This document shows, one piece after another, positions 14,522 to 28,885 of a stretch of DNA of 64,000 bases. A program made the translations under genes and the position numbers. Below the pieces are notes generated by a model, which was not told where the DNA came from, searched no databases, and worked only from the letters and a program-made list of their open reading frames with translations. Every line of letters starts with the position of its first letter. Position 1 is the stretch's first letter. Origin of the DNA: the human T2T-CHM13v2.0 reference genome, Homo sapiens; NCBI RefSeq assembly GCF_009914755.1, contig NC_060932.1, one strand, 5' to 3'.

Positions 14522-15789
14522 TCAACTCTTCTAAAAAGCAGTAGCCCAACTCTATCACTAGAGGGAAATAAGTGAAGGGTCTGTGTCCACATTTGGAGAA
14601 AAGAGGTCCAGAGAGAGCTGCAGCAACAGCCTGGGAGAAGAAAGGAGCTGAAGCCAAAAGAGCAGCAGCCTGGAGAAGACAGAAGCAGTGACTTAGAACC
14701 AGAGCCAGAGCCAGTAGCAGACAGAGCAGACCCAGTCAGTTTCTCTTAACCTTAATTTCCTCATCTGAAAAAATGGGCATAAATATTAATATCTATTTCA
14801 CAGGGTTGTTGTGAAGTTAAATGTATTAATGGAGGTAAACACTTAGTAGTATTTGGCATATAGTTAAGTGCTTGACAGATATTCACTATCATAATAAAGC
14901 AAACGGGACCCAGGTGCCTTTATCTTCAGGGATAGCATTTGGTAGGAGGTATGAGGAGTCAGGAAGATGATATCCCACTCCATAGGCAGGACTGTGCTCT
15001 AGAAGAGAGGCAATACTAGGGTCAGAGTCAGTGGTGGAAGCTGAAGATGAAGAAAACGAAAGTAGACTGGGTGTGACAGTGTTATAGGACAGAAGCCCAT
15101 GTATTCATAAAAGGCCCCAGGTCTGAATGGTAGAAGTCTATATGGTGTTCTAAGACAGAGAAAAGAATTCAGCTTAAATGAAGTCTTTTTGTTTGTTTGG
15201 TATTCTTTTTTTTTGGACTGGGTTTTGTGAGCAAAATAAATGATCTCAAAAGGAGACTAAGAAAGTATATGTTATTATTTAAAACAGTTCACATAAATTG
15301 TTTTAGAAAGAAGGCGTCGGGGTTGGATCAAGACAGAGCTAAACTCATCAGGGAGTTTAGAAGACAAAGGGGAACAAGTGTGCTTCCTTTAAAGCTGGAC
15401 CGGTAAGAACCTCCGTCTATTCCATCCGCATGGATGCTTGTATCTATTTTCTTCATTGCTTCATGTGAAGTCTTCATTTTTCCACTCAAGAACAGTGGTC
15501 TGAATATTTAAGTGAGGTGTGGTCTCAGTAACTTACTATGGCGTGGAGACAAAAAGGAGGAAAAAGAAGGCCTGTGTCCTAGAGGCCTTTGCTCTCAAGC
15601 CTGAGATCAAACCCAAAAACATCATTTCCAACTTGCAAGGTAATTAGAAATGAAGGAACTGGCAGTCAGCTGTTTAACCCTGAAGACCCATAAACCACAG
15701 TACAAAGCATGATTCTAGTTTGAATGCTTGGCCAAGTCTAAGAAAGGAAATGATGATCTACAGAGGGCAGAACCAAAATTGTTACTTAC

Positions 15790-15829
15790 CAGATATCTTC
15801 AGGCCAGCCATGCTTGATCAGATCTTCAT
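15790..15829 (-). CDS. CCDC25: CCDC25 exon 3 (40 nt) NEDLIKHGWPEDIW
   Basis: Canonical AG/GT, phase 1 to 2. Confidence 0.97.
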
Positions 15830-16799
15830 CTGCAATGAGATATGAGAAACGAAAGAAACAAAAACTGTCAAATGAAGATATGCCAGGGTTTATAAGAATG
15901 GGAGAAATGTCAGCTCCTCCCACAAATTTCTCTCTCCCTCAATGAAGAAGAGTAATTCGGAGGCCTTGATGCTTGAAAATACAGAAAAAATAATAATTTT
16001 CATAATTGAACAATATGAACTTTATAATTTTTATAAATTTATATAATACTTCTAATCTAAAGCTCAGATATTATTTCTATATGAAGATAATAAAACTAAC
16101 ACTGACAAAACAAAGCAACCAATAGTTCAGATGTTTCAGATAATCAATTCACCTAATAATACTTAAACATTAAAAAGAACTGGCTGAAACTTTAAAGAAA
16201 TATTTTACTTCTTTAAGAAAAATTAACTTGATTATAAAATTACAGAAAATTTAAAACAAAACAAACATTAGAAGTATAAAAAGAAAATAAAAATCACCTT
16301 AAATTCTATCACACATGGAAATAAAACACCAGAAGAAATAGCTAACAGAGTGAAAAGTAATTGTCTGGGGAGGTAGCAGGTGGGGTGGAACATGGGTATT
16401 AAGAAGGATTCTTTTTTTAATTCTAAGCATTCTATTACTACTTGACTTTTTAAACTATGTATTTGTTAGATACAAATAAAAATAAAGTTCTTTGGGAACA
16501 ATGACTACCTAATTCTCTTATATGAATAAACTTTTCTATTGTTGGCCCTTGGTTTGTTTCTAATTATAAATGGTTCAATAAATTTTTTAAGTAAAGTTGT
16601 CCATATTTCTGATTATTTCCTTAAGGTATATTTCTAAAAGCTAAAGTATTCGCTCAAAGTGAATGCACATTTTTTAAGGCTAATATATATCACTACATAA
16701 AGGTTATATCAATAAATATTTCTACAGCCATATTAATAATTAGTAATAATTCTGTTTAATACAGAATTATTTAAGTATTAAATGCCAATTTAAAAATCA

Positions 16800-17162
<363 letters not shown>

Positions 17163-17659
17163 CTATATAATTTGAATGGGGTATTTACCATCCAGAAAAG
17201 GAAAAGCAAAAGGAAGACACATCTTGGGTAAAGGCACTCATAACAGTCGTAGACACTATGAGTTTTCTGAAAGGCTTTCTAATGCTTTAAGTAGGACTGA
17301 GCAAATAGCCAAAAGGTAAGCAAAAAAAGGAAAGAGAAATTTAAAAAATCTCTTTCCCTCAGTCAGGCAAAGTTTGGCTCCCTGATGACACCTGCTGGCT
17401 GATAAAAAGAACAGACCTGAAAGCTTTTCAGTGAAAGTAAATCATTCCACTTAAATTGATGTTTCTATCGAGTTCTTGGTCTGAAGTCATAAACACTATT
17501 AGAAATAAATGTAATGGGCTAGGAATGCCAGACAATGGGGTGATTTAGAGAAGTAATGTCCGTTCTTACAAGGCAACCTAGGAAAAGTTGATACCTCCAA
17601 ATGACTCTAAGAGTTCCCAGGGAAAAAGTGTTCCATACATACATACATTCACTTACTTC

Positions 17660-18040
<381 letters not shown>

Positions 18041-18574
18041 TAAATTATGTATCTAGATTTGTATCTATATATTCCTACAATAGACATTCAAAGGATTCCA
18101 CAATCTAGTCCATCCTAACCCACTCCTCCACAAAGCCTTCTCAGCTTTCAATCACATTTACTATCTCTGATCTGTCTACTTCGACAGCATTTACTATTCA
18201 TGTTACTTCATTTTGTCTATACTTTTTAAAAAATAGACCTTAGTACTTTTTCATGATAATAAAGTTGTGACATTAACTTTGGGTGTGATTTAATGGTGAA
18301 GCAGTCTGCAGCATATTAACACTTGAGTTTTACATTTCTCCTACTAACCCATAAATCATCACAAGTAACATTGATAGTTAAAGCATTTTTCTTATGTAGC
18401 TTAGGAGGTGCTGCTGTCTCCCTATGTGAGCTTGTTCTGTTTCTCAAAAGCTAGTTTATCAAAGTAGGTGAAAACTCAGAACCAACAAACTGGGTGGGGG
18501 GCATGGAAGGTGGTGAGTGAGAGATAACACTTACCTGCTGAAAATTTCAAAATCAAATGCTTTTGAAAACTTAC

Positions 18575-18622
18575 TTTCATATTTATCTTTTCCCATGTAA
18601 ATAGTGTAGGCAGATGAATTAA
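18575..18622 (-). CDS. CCDC25: CCDC25 exon 2 (48 nt) VNSSAYTIYMGKDKYE
   Basis: AG at 18623-24, GTAAGT donor at 18574-18569, phase 1 to 1. Confidence 0.97.
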
Positions 18623-18709
18623 CTAAGATAAAACAAAAATAAAAAACAATTAGTAACTTCATCACCAACAAAATTGTTTCATGTGAAAAACAAGTGACAA
18701 TTCTTAGAC

Positions 18710-18912
18710 TAGGGGCTGGCAAACCATGGCCCATGATCCAAATCCAGCCTACCACCTGTTTTTGGACAGCCCTTGAGCTAAGAATGGTTTTTACGTTTTT
18801 AAAGGGTTGGAAAAAAAGCAAAACAAAGAAGAATAAGCCACGGAGATTGTAGGTGACTCACAAAGCCTAAAATATTTACTATCTGGCCCCAAAAGAGAAA
18901 GTTTACCATCCT
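18710..18912. mobile_element. MER58-like hAT-Charlie MITE
   Basis: 'ggggctggcaaac..tggccc', 'gagctaagaatggtttttac', 'aaaatatttactatctggccc'. Confidence 0.75.
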
Positions 18913-19169
18913 TACTAATAGCTACTTTCCTACTTTCTCAGGGTTACAGTTCAATGGTATCGCCAGTCCAGTCCTATACTTTTGCCTTCTTTAAGAGTTA
19001 AAAAAAAAAGAAAAGAAAAGAAAACTAAACACCACAACTAAGTTCCCATGTTTACCAAAGTTTTATTGTGCATAATTGTTTTTAGCCAATATTACCCATA
19101 TTCCAGGTGTGCTGCATATTCTAACAGGCTCTCTATCACATTCAGGGAGACCATGACTCTCCAACTTCT

Positions 19170-19337
19170 AAACCAGTGACTCTGACCCCTGATCTACATT
19201 AGAATCATCTAATTATGCCCCAGCTCCACCTCAGATCAACTCAATCCAAATCTCTGGTGGGCAAGAGTGAGCATCTGTGTTTTCTAAAAGCCTTCCAAGT
19301 GATTCTAATATAAGGTCAGGGTTAGAAACAACTATCC
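19170..19337. mobile_element. MER5-like MITE
   Basis: 'cattagaatca', 'gtgattctaat...gggttagaaacaact'. Confidence 0.65.
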
Positions 19338-20454
19338 TAACTCAAATGGAATCTTCTGGGTATGGTTTATCCTAGAAATGATATTTGCTTTACCAAGGTG
19401 GTGTTTTATTGCAGACGTCCCTACCTTGGATTCCTACTGAAAGGATAACTGAGTGCCAGGTTTCAAAGCTAGTTTACCAAAACTTGTTTGATCCAATTGG
19501 ACTAAACTCCTGAATTCATAGACACTGGGCCCTCAGGCTACAAAGCCTGTGATGGAGAAGTACTGAAAAATAAATACACACTGAAGCAAAGTACTGATAA
19601 GTGCAGGGTTGGGCTGAACAGCCTGCTGGCTATCACTCCACAGCACAGAACACACACATGTACCTGGAGCCCTGAAGGACAAAGGGCAATACGCTCTCCT
19701 AAATTAAAAAGCCTTATATCAGAGAGATGCCCTGTACTTTCAGTAATGAGAAGCTTCTTAAATGATCAATCCTAGTTGCCTTTCTCGGGGGAGAGAAAAC
19801 TAATTCCTTTGTTTAACATTTATAATAACTGAAGTCCAGAAGTAGTTGAGAAAAGTACCTTGAAAGAATGTGTGCATCGCCAAGTTTATAGAAATGCTTG
19901 TCTATTATTGAGCATTGTAGTACCTTGATCAGGCCTTAGTGTAGCGTGTAACAAATGCCAAAAGGGTGGGAATAAAACTAAAAAGCATTTCAGATTTTCT
20001 CTGCATGGCCTGGCAATAGTTCAAGTGTATACCCTTTCAATCCTATAACGTCACTACCTATAATGTTACCATAATAGAGTACCAAAATACTCCACCAAGC
20101 AATAATCTTTTTACAACCTAAACATCCCTTAATAGAGACTCTTTAAATATATTACAGATTTGAACATCCATAAACAAAATACCATGTACCCATTAAAAAG
20201 AAACGGCAGGTGAAGAAATTAAATATCCGAACAGTATTTTTGTGTATCTATATGATTCAATTTATAAAAAATAAATGATTATAATGGTATGTGTGTGTAT
20301 ATACATACACATACATGTTTTATTTTTATATAAGCACATACTTCATATGTATGGAAGCATAAACATTTTTTAACAACAGTTACCTTGGTTAGCCTGCTAT
20401 AAAACATACAGATGGCTTTTGTAATTAGAACAGAATTTTCAAAATAACAATATA

Positions 20455-20745
<291 letters not shown>

Positions 20746-21296
20746 TAATAACTGATATAAAATATTAATAAAGTTGTCTCTGCAGGCCAAGCTGTCTAAG
20801 CTACAGCCAAAATAATAATAGAGGAATGTTTTGATGGTTGACTTATTAAATGAGGTGATTAAGAAAATGGCCATAACAAACCTAAAGTGAGGGGCATTCT
20901 ACAAAATAATTCAACTAACAATGCCATGAAAGACAAAGACTGAGCAATTGCTCGCGATTAGAGGAGGCTACAGAATAATGACACCTGAAGAATGCAACAA
21001 TGATTTGTAAGGTATTTTTTGTTACAAATACATCATTAGGACACTAATGGGTACGGAATAAAGCCTGTTGATTAGATAATCGCATTGCTGCAATGTTAAT
21101 TTCCTAATTTTGATGATGAAAAACGTCTTTTGAGAAGAGAATGCCCTTGATTTTAGAAAATAAATCTGAAGCATTCAGGGGTTAACTGCAACTTACAAAC
21201 GTTTCAGGAAAAAGGTGTGTGCAAGAGAAAAAAATAGAGAAAAAGAGAAACGGAAAAAGAAAGACAAGGCATGTAGTAAAATGTCAGAATTTGTAG

Positions 21297-21565
21297 TCAC
21301 AGTGGCTCACGTCTGTAATCCCACCACTTTGGGAGGCTGAGGCAGGTGGATTACTTGGGCCCAGGAGCTCGGGACCATCCTGGGCAATATGAGGAAACCC
21401 TGTCTCTATAAAAAAAAAATTTTTTTAATTAGCTGGGTGTGGTGGCTAAAGTGGGAGGATCACTTGAGCCCAAGAAGTTGAGGCTGCAATGATCTGTGAC
21501 TGCACCACTACACTTGCCACTACACTTCGGCCTGGGTGACAGAGCAAGACTGTCTCAAAAAAAAT
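21297..21565 (+). mobile_element. AluJ, internally deleted
   Basis: Diverged Alu arms. Confidence 0.85.
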
Positions 21566-21653
21566 TGGGGGACTCTGGGAGAATATACAGGAAATCTTTT
21601 ACTATACTTGCAACTTCTCTGAAAGACTGAAATTATGTCATAATAGAAAATTA

Positions 21654-22021
<368 letters not shown>

Positions 22022-23217
22022 TTAAGAAGGAAAAGTAAACTGAATTATTCTAGTTCATTTGTTATTCTCATCTAAATAATATGGTTGATTAGTACTGGAA
22101 CCGGTTATTTGGAAGACACTTGACTTACGGGTAGCAACCAACCCAACTTCAGAGGTGATCTGATTATTTCACAATTTATAGAACAATCTACTTTTAGGCA
22201 GATGATATTAACAGGTATTAAAAGTACAAGTGGACTTTGAGCCAAGTATCTATAATCAGATGGTCTTAAATGTGACACTGGACTTATTAGACTAATGTTC
22301 AATTATTCCCTTATGAGACAGCATGAAAGAATGAAAATGGAACACATTTTAGTCAGATATTAATCTTAAAATGTAAAAGAACAACTTCCTATGAAGATTT
22401 TCTTCCCATTTTAAAAAAGTTTTTATGCAGTAAAAACCATCAGTTAGTTAAAAACTTGGCAAGCCATACAAATTCATTTCCTGAAGATTCTATATATTTG
22501 TTGTTTCTATACTGCCAATATGTAAAGTCTCATTACTATTTTACTGAGAAAGTTATGATTTTTCCATTAACTTTGCAGTTTTAAAAGATCAGCTGCACAA
22601 GTGCACTTTTATTAGGCTTAGAGGCCAAATATTTTTCTAACAGGAAACAGTTCTGACATTATAATGGAAGTCAATGAAAAAAAAACAGGACCCACAAATC
22701 TAGTGAAGCATTTTGCTCTATTAAGGGCAGATGTGTATGTGTGACTAACACTTAAAGAATTCAGAGTAACTTTAAGGGGAATAGAACAGCACAAAATACA
22801 TTCAGTACCTATACACCCTGCCTGTATATTTGTTTTTCCATTGTTGGGTTTATATGGATATCTATGTTGTTGAAGATTCACAACTGGAGAAGTTATAAAG
22901 AGATGCCTGAGTTGCCAAGGACGAAAATGCTTAGAGGCCTATAAGGGTATATGATTTTTCAGGCTGGTTTTGAATTTTGTTTCTAGTAATTTTAATAATA
23001 TGGGTAAAACAAACCACATGTACAGAGACAGAGAAATAGCTCATGGCACACACTGTGGAAGGCTAAACTACTGAGAAAAATAAGGAGATGTCAGTGTGAT
23101 GAAGGTGGAAGAGTAGGGTCTGTGAGTTACAACTTCCCTGAGCCTCAATCTTACTTCTAAAGAGAAAGTATTGCCTTATTCAAACCCACACAAACAATGT
23201 GGAACTAGTTTCACTTA

Positions 23218-24212
<995 letters not shown>

Positions 24213-24275
24213 TCATTTATTCAACAAGCATTTATTGAGAACTACTAACCAGTCACTACGTTAGGGAAACAAGTA

Positions 24276-24988
24276 CAGTAGTCCCCCCTTATCTGTGGGG
24301 GATGTCTTCCAAGATCTCCAGCAGATGCCTGAAACCGAGGACAGCACTGAATTCCATATATAAAGGGACTTGCCACATAATGATGCTTTGGTCAGCAACA
24401 AACCACACATACTATGGTGGTCCCATAACATTATAACGAAGCTGAAAAATTCTGATCACTATTGCCTGATGACCTGGTAGCCATCATAACAGCGTGGTGC
24501 AACTCACTTTTTCTACGTTGAGACCCGTTTAAATACACAAACACCATTGCGTTACCATTGCCTACAGCCATTCAGTACAGCAACGTGCTGTACAAGTTTG
24601 TACCCTAGGAGCAACGGTATACTGTACAGCCTACATTTGTGGTAGGCTATACCACAGGTTTAAGTATACTCTACCGTGTTGCTACAACAATGAAACCGCC
24701 TAATGGAGCATTTCTCAGAATGTATTCTTGTCATTAAGGGACGCATGGCTACTGGTATTCCCTATATATGTATACCTATGATAAAGTTAATGTATCAGTT
24801 CGGTGGAGTAAGAGATTATTGACAATAACTAATAATAAAATAGAACGATTATAACAACGTACTGTAATAAAAGTTAGGTGACTCTGCTCTCTCTCTCTCT
24901 CAAAACCTTATTGTACTGTACTCACTCCTTTTCTTCTTGTGATGATGTGACCACGGAAAGCGAAATACAGGACAAGTAGGGACTACTG
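24276..24988. mobile_element. MER44/Tigger7-type MITE with a nested Tigger3-type element (about 24365-24755)
   Basis: TIRs CAGTAGTCCC...GGGACTACTG with flanking TA; internal 'ggtggtcccataa', 'gcatttctcagaa' typical of Tigger3. Confidence 0.8.
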
Positions 24989-25599
24989 TAAAGAGATCCT
25001 GTCCACGCCCTCAAGGGACTTACACTCTAGCTCAAGCAGACACCATTTAATACCACGTGATAAGTGCAATGCCAAAGGCATACTTGGAACGTTAAGTGGG
25101 TCCCAGGAAAGGAATAGCTAAGCAATCTTGGGGTAGGAGCTAGCATCAGGAAAGGCATCTTGGAAAAGATGGGCCAAAACTGTCTTAAGGGAATTAGCTG
25201 GGGGTTGATTTTAGGAAAGGGGAATAACAGGAACAGAACGAAACCAAGTCGGGACACTGCATTTCCTGGGAACGAAGGGCACCCTTTCCTTATCTGTCAA
25301 AGATAAGTCAGAAGCATTACCATAGGTCACTTCTGAGATCTGGGACATCAACTGCCCGGAGAGTGGCTGGGTGGACATCCCAGGGTCTTTTTATTGTTTT
25401 CTGTTGCATCCCAGACCCTACAACCCCTTCCTGAAAGGGTAAGTCGCGCTTCCCTTAAGAAAAAGTTGTTAGCAGGTGTCTCCTTTCTCACAGGGGATAA
25501 TTACAAGGGTTCAGCCAGAACAAAGGCCGCAGATGGAAGGTGGGAAGAAGACTTGGGATAAGGTGTGTGGAGGAGCCCACAGGCTCTGCCCAATCCCAG

Positions 25600-26090
25600 G
25601 GAGTGACGGGACGTCTTTCCGATTAGGGGACGAGAACTCCCCGATACAAACATAGCAGTGGCATCGCCCCTCCGCGCCCCCCACGCCATGACGAGGGGAC
25701 GCCGGGGGAAATCCTGCAGCCGTGGGAGGGACGGATGTGCTGGGGGACCGAGAGGCCGCGGGAAGAGGCACTCGCATCCAGAAGGCATTTTAGAGCGAGG
25801 GTCAGGCGCAGCGGCGGACTGCGGGTCCCGGCTTCGGAGCCCGCTGTCCAGCAGGGTCCAGGAGGACGTGGCGCCCACTCACCGCTGCTGCTGGTGAAGT
25901 AGAACACCATGATCCCGGGAGCGGTGCGGTGACTCCACCGCGGAGCAGCAGCGCTCAACTCACGAAGCTCAGGATACCAGACTCGCGGCGGCCGCCTGGC
26001 CCCCGGAACTCCTCCGTGCACTTCCGGCGGACGTCGGGGCGCGTCATAACGCCGGCCGTGGGCGCCATTTTTAATCCTGGCGAGGCGAAG
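25600..26090 (-). promoter_or_regulatory. CCDC25: CCDC25 CpG island and promoter
   Basis: CpG-dense; ETS site ACTTCCGG 26020-26027, half-CRE GCGTCA 26041-26046, YY1-like CGCCATTTT 26063-26071. Confidence 0.85.
25883..25910 (-). CDS. CCDC25: CCDC25 exon 1 coding part (28 nt) MVFYFTSSS
   Basis: ATG at 25910-25908; donor GTGAGT starting at 25882. Confidence 0.96.
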
Positions 26091-26473
26091 TGTAGTGGCA
26101 AGGAGTTTGGTTCAGTGATTTGTGGGTTAAGGGAAAGAGGCTGGGCATCTTGGGCACGTTAGTTAACCTGTCTGTGCTTCACTTTCCTCAGCAGCGAAAT
26201 GAAGATGATACTAGAGCAGCTAACTCACAGGATATTTTTTAGGGTTAAATAAGTTAATGGGCGCCAAGGGTTTAGAACATAGCACACAAACGAGTTGTTT
26301 CTGATACTCACCAGGACCAATATGCCTCTTGGGGATTGGACTTTGTTCTGGCTTAAATCGAAGGCCTGCCATCCCAAACCTCTGAACCTCAGAGGTCCTC
26401 CTGCTATAAAGTAGGAATAATCATATTCATGTAAAGCTCCTACAGCACTTGGCTTTGCCCTGATTATTTCTCT

Positions 26474-26948
26474 TGAGAAAGCACTTTTATCTGAGGAATG
26501 TGAGTCCCTTTAAATTACTAGGTCTGGAGAGGCATTAAGATAAGACCCCATCATGTTCTACCACCCCCTTGAGCTATGTATTCATCTACTGAAACTACCT
26601 GCTTCTGCCACAGGTAGCTACCTACTAACCTAACACTGCCACACAAGACACTATGACATGACCCACACCCTATAGTTTAACAATGTCTAGCCAATCACTG
26701 ATGCTTGTAGTTTCTATACATCAATGAGAATGCTTGACAGTTGTGTATCAGCCCACTTCCTGCCCCCCTTCTTCGTCTTTAAAAACCTGCTTGTAGCAAA
26801 GGCCAGACAGAGCTCATATCCAAGCCTGCTGGTGGAGGGCGGTGGGGGGAGGGGGGTTGGAATCTTCTGGGCAGCTGTCCCCGCTTTAACTCAAGCAAAC
26901 TCTACATTCTTTTTTTTTTTGCCTCAGCCTTTTCCTTTTAAACTGACA
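26474..26948 (+). mobile_element. ERV1-class solo LTR (MER67-like; subfamily uncertain)
   Basis: TG...CA ends with 4-bp TSD CTCT (26470-73 and 26949-52); internal CCAAT and TTTAAAA box. Confidence 0.75.
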
Positions 26949-27015
26949 CTCTTACATCACTGTCACTGACTTCATTCTATGAAATTGAGGGCGTCACTTA
27001 ACGAAATTTATTTAC

Positions 27016-27107
27016 ATGCTTGCTTTGACAGCATGTATACTAAAATTGGAATGATACAGAGAACTTTAACATGGCCCCTGCTCAAGGATGACATACAAAT
27101 TTGTGAA
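27016..27107 (+). pseudogene. U6 snRNA pseudogene (diverged, 3'-truncated)
   Basis: ATGCTTGCTTTGACAGCATGTATACTAAAATTGGAATGATACAGAGAACTTTAACATGGCCCCTGCTCAAGGATGACA aligns to U6 with CpG decay; ACAGAGA box kept, AGC triad changed to AAC. Confidence 0.93.
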
Positions 27108-27537
27108 AATTAAATTTGAAAAAATAAACATAAAACTCTAAACTTATTTGAAACTAAAAATGTGCCAGAAACACTGTACCAGGAGCTGGTGACACAAAGA
27201 TAGTAACAATAGCTAACAATAACCGTTTTAGGAACTTTCTGGTTTTCCAAAGTAAGAATTTAGCTCTGTTCTGTAAATAGCAATTGTTTTGGGTTCTCCG
27301 TTGTATTATTTGTAAAATGGGAATGGCAATAGATATTAATGCCTTACAGATTGTGGTAAGAAGTAAATGAAACAAAACATGTAAAGCATCTAAGAATGCC
27401 TGGCACATAGCAGGTGTTAAGTTTTATATTTTAATTTGAAAAATAAATAGAAACCTAAAGTTACTAATAAAAAAAGTGAAACTGACAATGAAGCTTCAAA
27501 TGTGAAAAATAAGTGCATCGAGAATCTTGGAGAGGCC

Positions 27538-27599
27538 TTTATTTATTTATTTATTTATTTATTTTTGAGACGGAGTCTTGCTCTGTCGCCAGGCTGGAG
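27538..27599 (-). mobile_element. Extremely 5'-truncated Alu (about 33 bp body plus (ATTT)n tail)
   Basis: GAGACGGAGTCTTGCTCTGTCGCCAGGCTGGAG flanked by TGGAGAGGCC direct repeat. Confidence 0.9.
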
Positions 27600-27666
27600 A
27601 GGCCATTTTACAAAAATTTCTTACCCCGTGACCCCAGAATGTATCTCAACTTCAACTGGACCGAGA

Positions 27667-27686
27667 ACTACAATTCCCAGAATGCA
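27667..27686 (+). promoter_or_regulatory. ZNF143/Staf SBS motif (ACTACA extension, also bound by THAP11)
   Basis: ACTACAATTCCCAGAATGCA, near-perfect consensus. Confidence 0.9.
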
Positions 27687-27807
27687 CCTAAACAAGGCCC
27701 CGGGAACGGAGTCCGGCGTTGCTGCAGGGGATTGTGGGTGGCGTGGTTTCCCTCAGAGATTTTTCACCTCACCAGGGCGCGAGAATCTTGGAAACAGCCA
27801 CCAGGGT

Positions 27808-27921
27808 GGGCGGGGCAAGGGCTGGTGCTCCACCAATCACCGAGCCAGCCCCTGGAAGCGCTGAGCCGTGGCCAATCGGAACGCAGCGGCTTCCTCCTAG
27901 CCTGGCGCGCGATTATTTGAA
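27808..27921 (+). promoter_or_regulatory. ESCO2: ESCO2 cell-cycle core promoter: GC box, two CCAAT boxes, CDE/CHR
   Basis: GGGCGGGG 27808-15; CCAAT 27833-37 and 27872-76; GCGCG-ATTA-TTTGAA 27907-27921 (CDE, 4-nt spacer, CHR). Confidence 0.9.
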
Positions 27922-27924
27922 GAC

Positions 27925-27978
27925 GCTCACGGAGCGGCTGGCTAGGCTGAGGAGAGCTCGCCGGGCTCTGAGGCGCAG
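27925..27978 (+). other. ESCO2: ESCO2 exon 1 (5'UTR; start approximate)
   Basis: CAG|GTAACC donor at 27979 just downstream of the CHR, within a CpG island (about 27690-28320). Confidence 0.8.
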
Positions 27979-28885
27979 GTAACCTCTGGAGTAGGCCGAG
28001 GCGGGGGGCTGTGGAAGGCTGAGGCGAGCGGGAGACCCTGTGGAACGTGGGGGCGAATGTCACGGGGAAAGAGCTTTTGCTCGGCGCTCGGCAGGTCCGC
28101 AGGCCCGAGACCGAAGAAGCCACTGACTCGTTCTCCGCGCTCACAGGCGCCGGGTTTCCCTCTTCCCGACGCCGGCGTTTCCTTGTTTTGGGTTTAGGGT
28201 TTGTTTGTTTGTTTGTTTCCCTGACCGGGTTCAGGGTCGGGACGCTTTCCTCTCCTACCTTTCCTCGCTTAGCCCCAGAGGGGTCCCCCCTTAAGCCGCA
28301 GCTCGACCTGAATTCCCAGAGACCCTGGCCTTTCAGTTTGTTCATTCATTAATAGCTTTGAAATAACGCTTGTGTGCTGCTTTGGGGGGAATTTCCCTGA
28401 TCCCAGGGAAGGGGAAGGAAATGAATTCTGACGAGCCACGTAGCCGCCTGCTCGTGCATTCTAGCATTTGTTTTCAGCAGCCTTACGACTTCAAGAGATT
28501 TTTATAAAAAGGGAAGCAAACGGCTTGCTCCGGGCTCATCAGCTAGGAAAATGGCAGAGGACTGTGCTTCACCCGTTTTCTTGCTGGGCTCTGATGAAAA
28601 GTTACAGACGGTCTCTGCCTTCATTGAAGGCTGTTGAGATGGGGAAACAAGAAAATGTCTTAAATGGACTATTAGGGAAATACAGGGTGCCATGGAAGCA
28701 GAACAAGCGCGTGTAACCCTTGGAGGGGTGGAAGGAGAGCAATGTCGAGGAAGACCTCCCAGAAAATAGGGTTTTAACTTGGTGTGAAATAGACTAATTA
28801 AAGGGGGTATAATTTTGATAAAGCGATTTTTAATATTTTGATGAATGTGGTTATTGTCATTTCTTTTAGGAATTCAATAAAGAAA

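Noticed and set aside
27016-27107. U6 copy as a functional snRNA
   Set aside because: Catalytic AGC triad mutated, 3' end missing, CpG decay.
27764-28345. 193-aa minus-strand ORF across ESCO2 exon 1/intron 1, and similar ORFs at 25501-26162
   Set aside because: GC-rich CpG island depleted of stops; low-complexity product with no recognisable domain.
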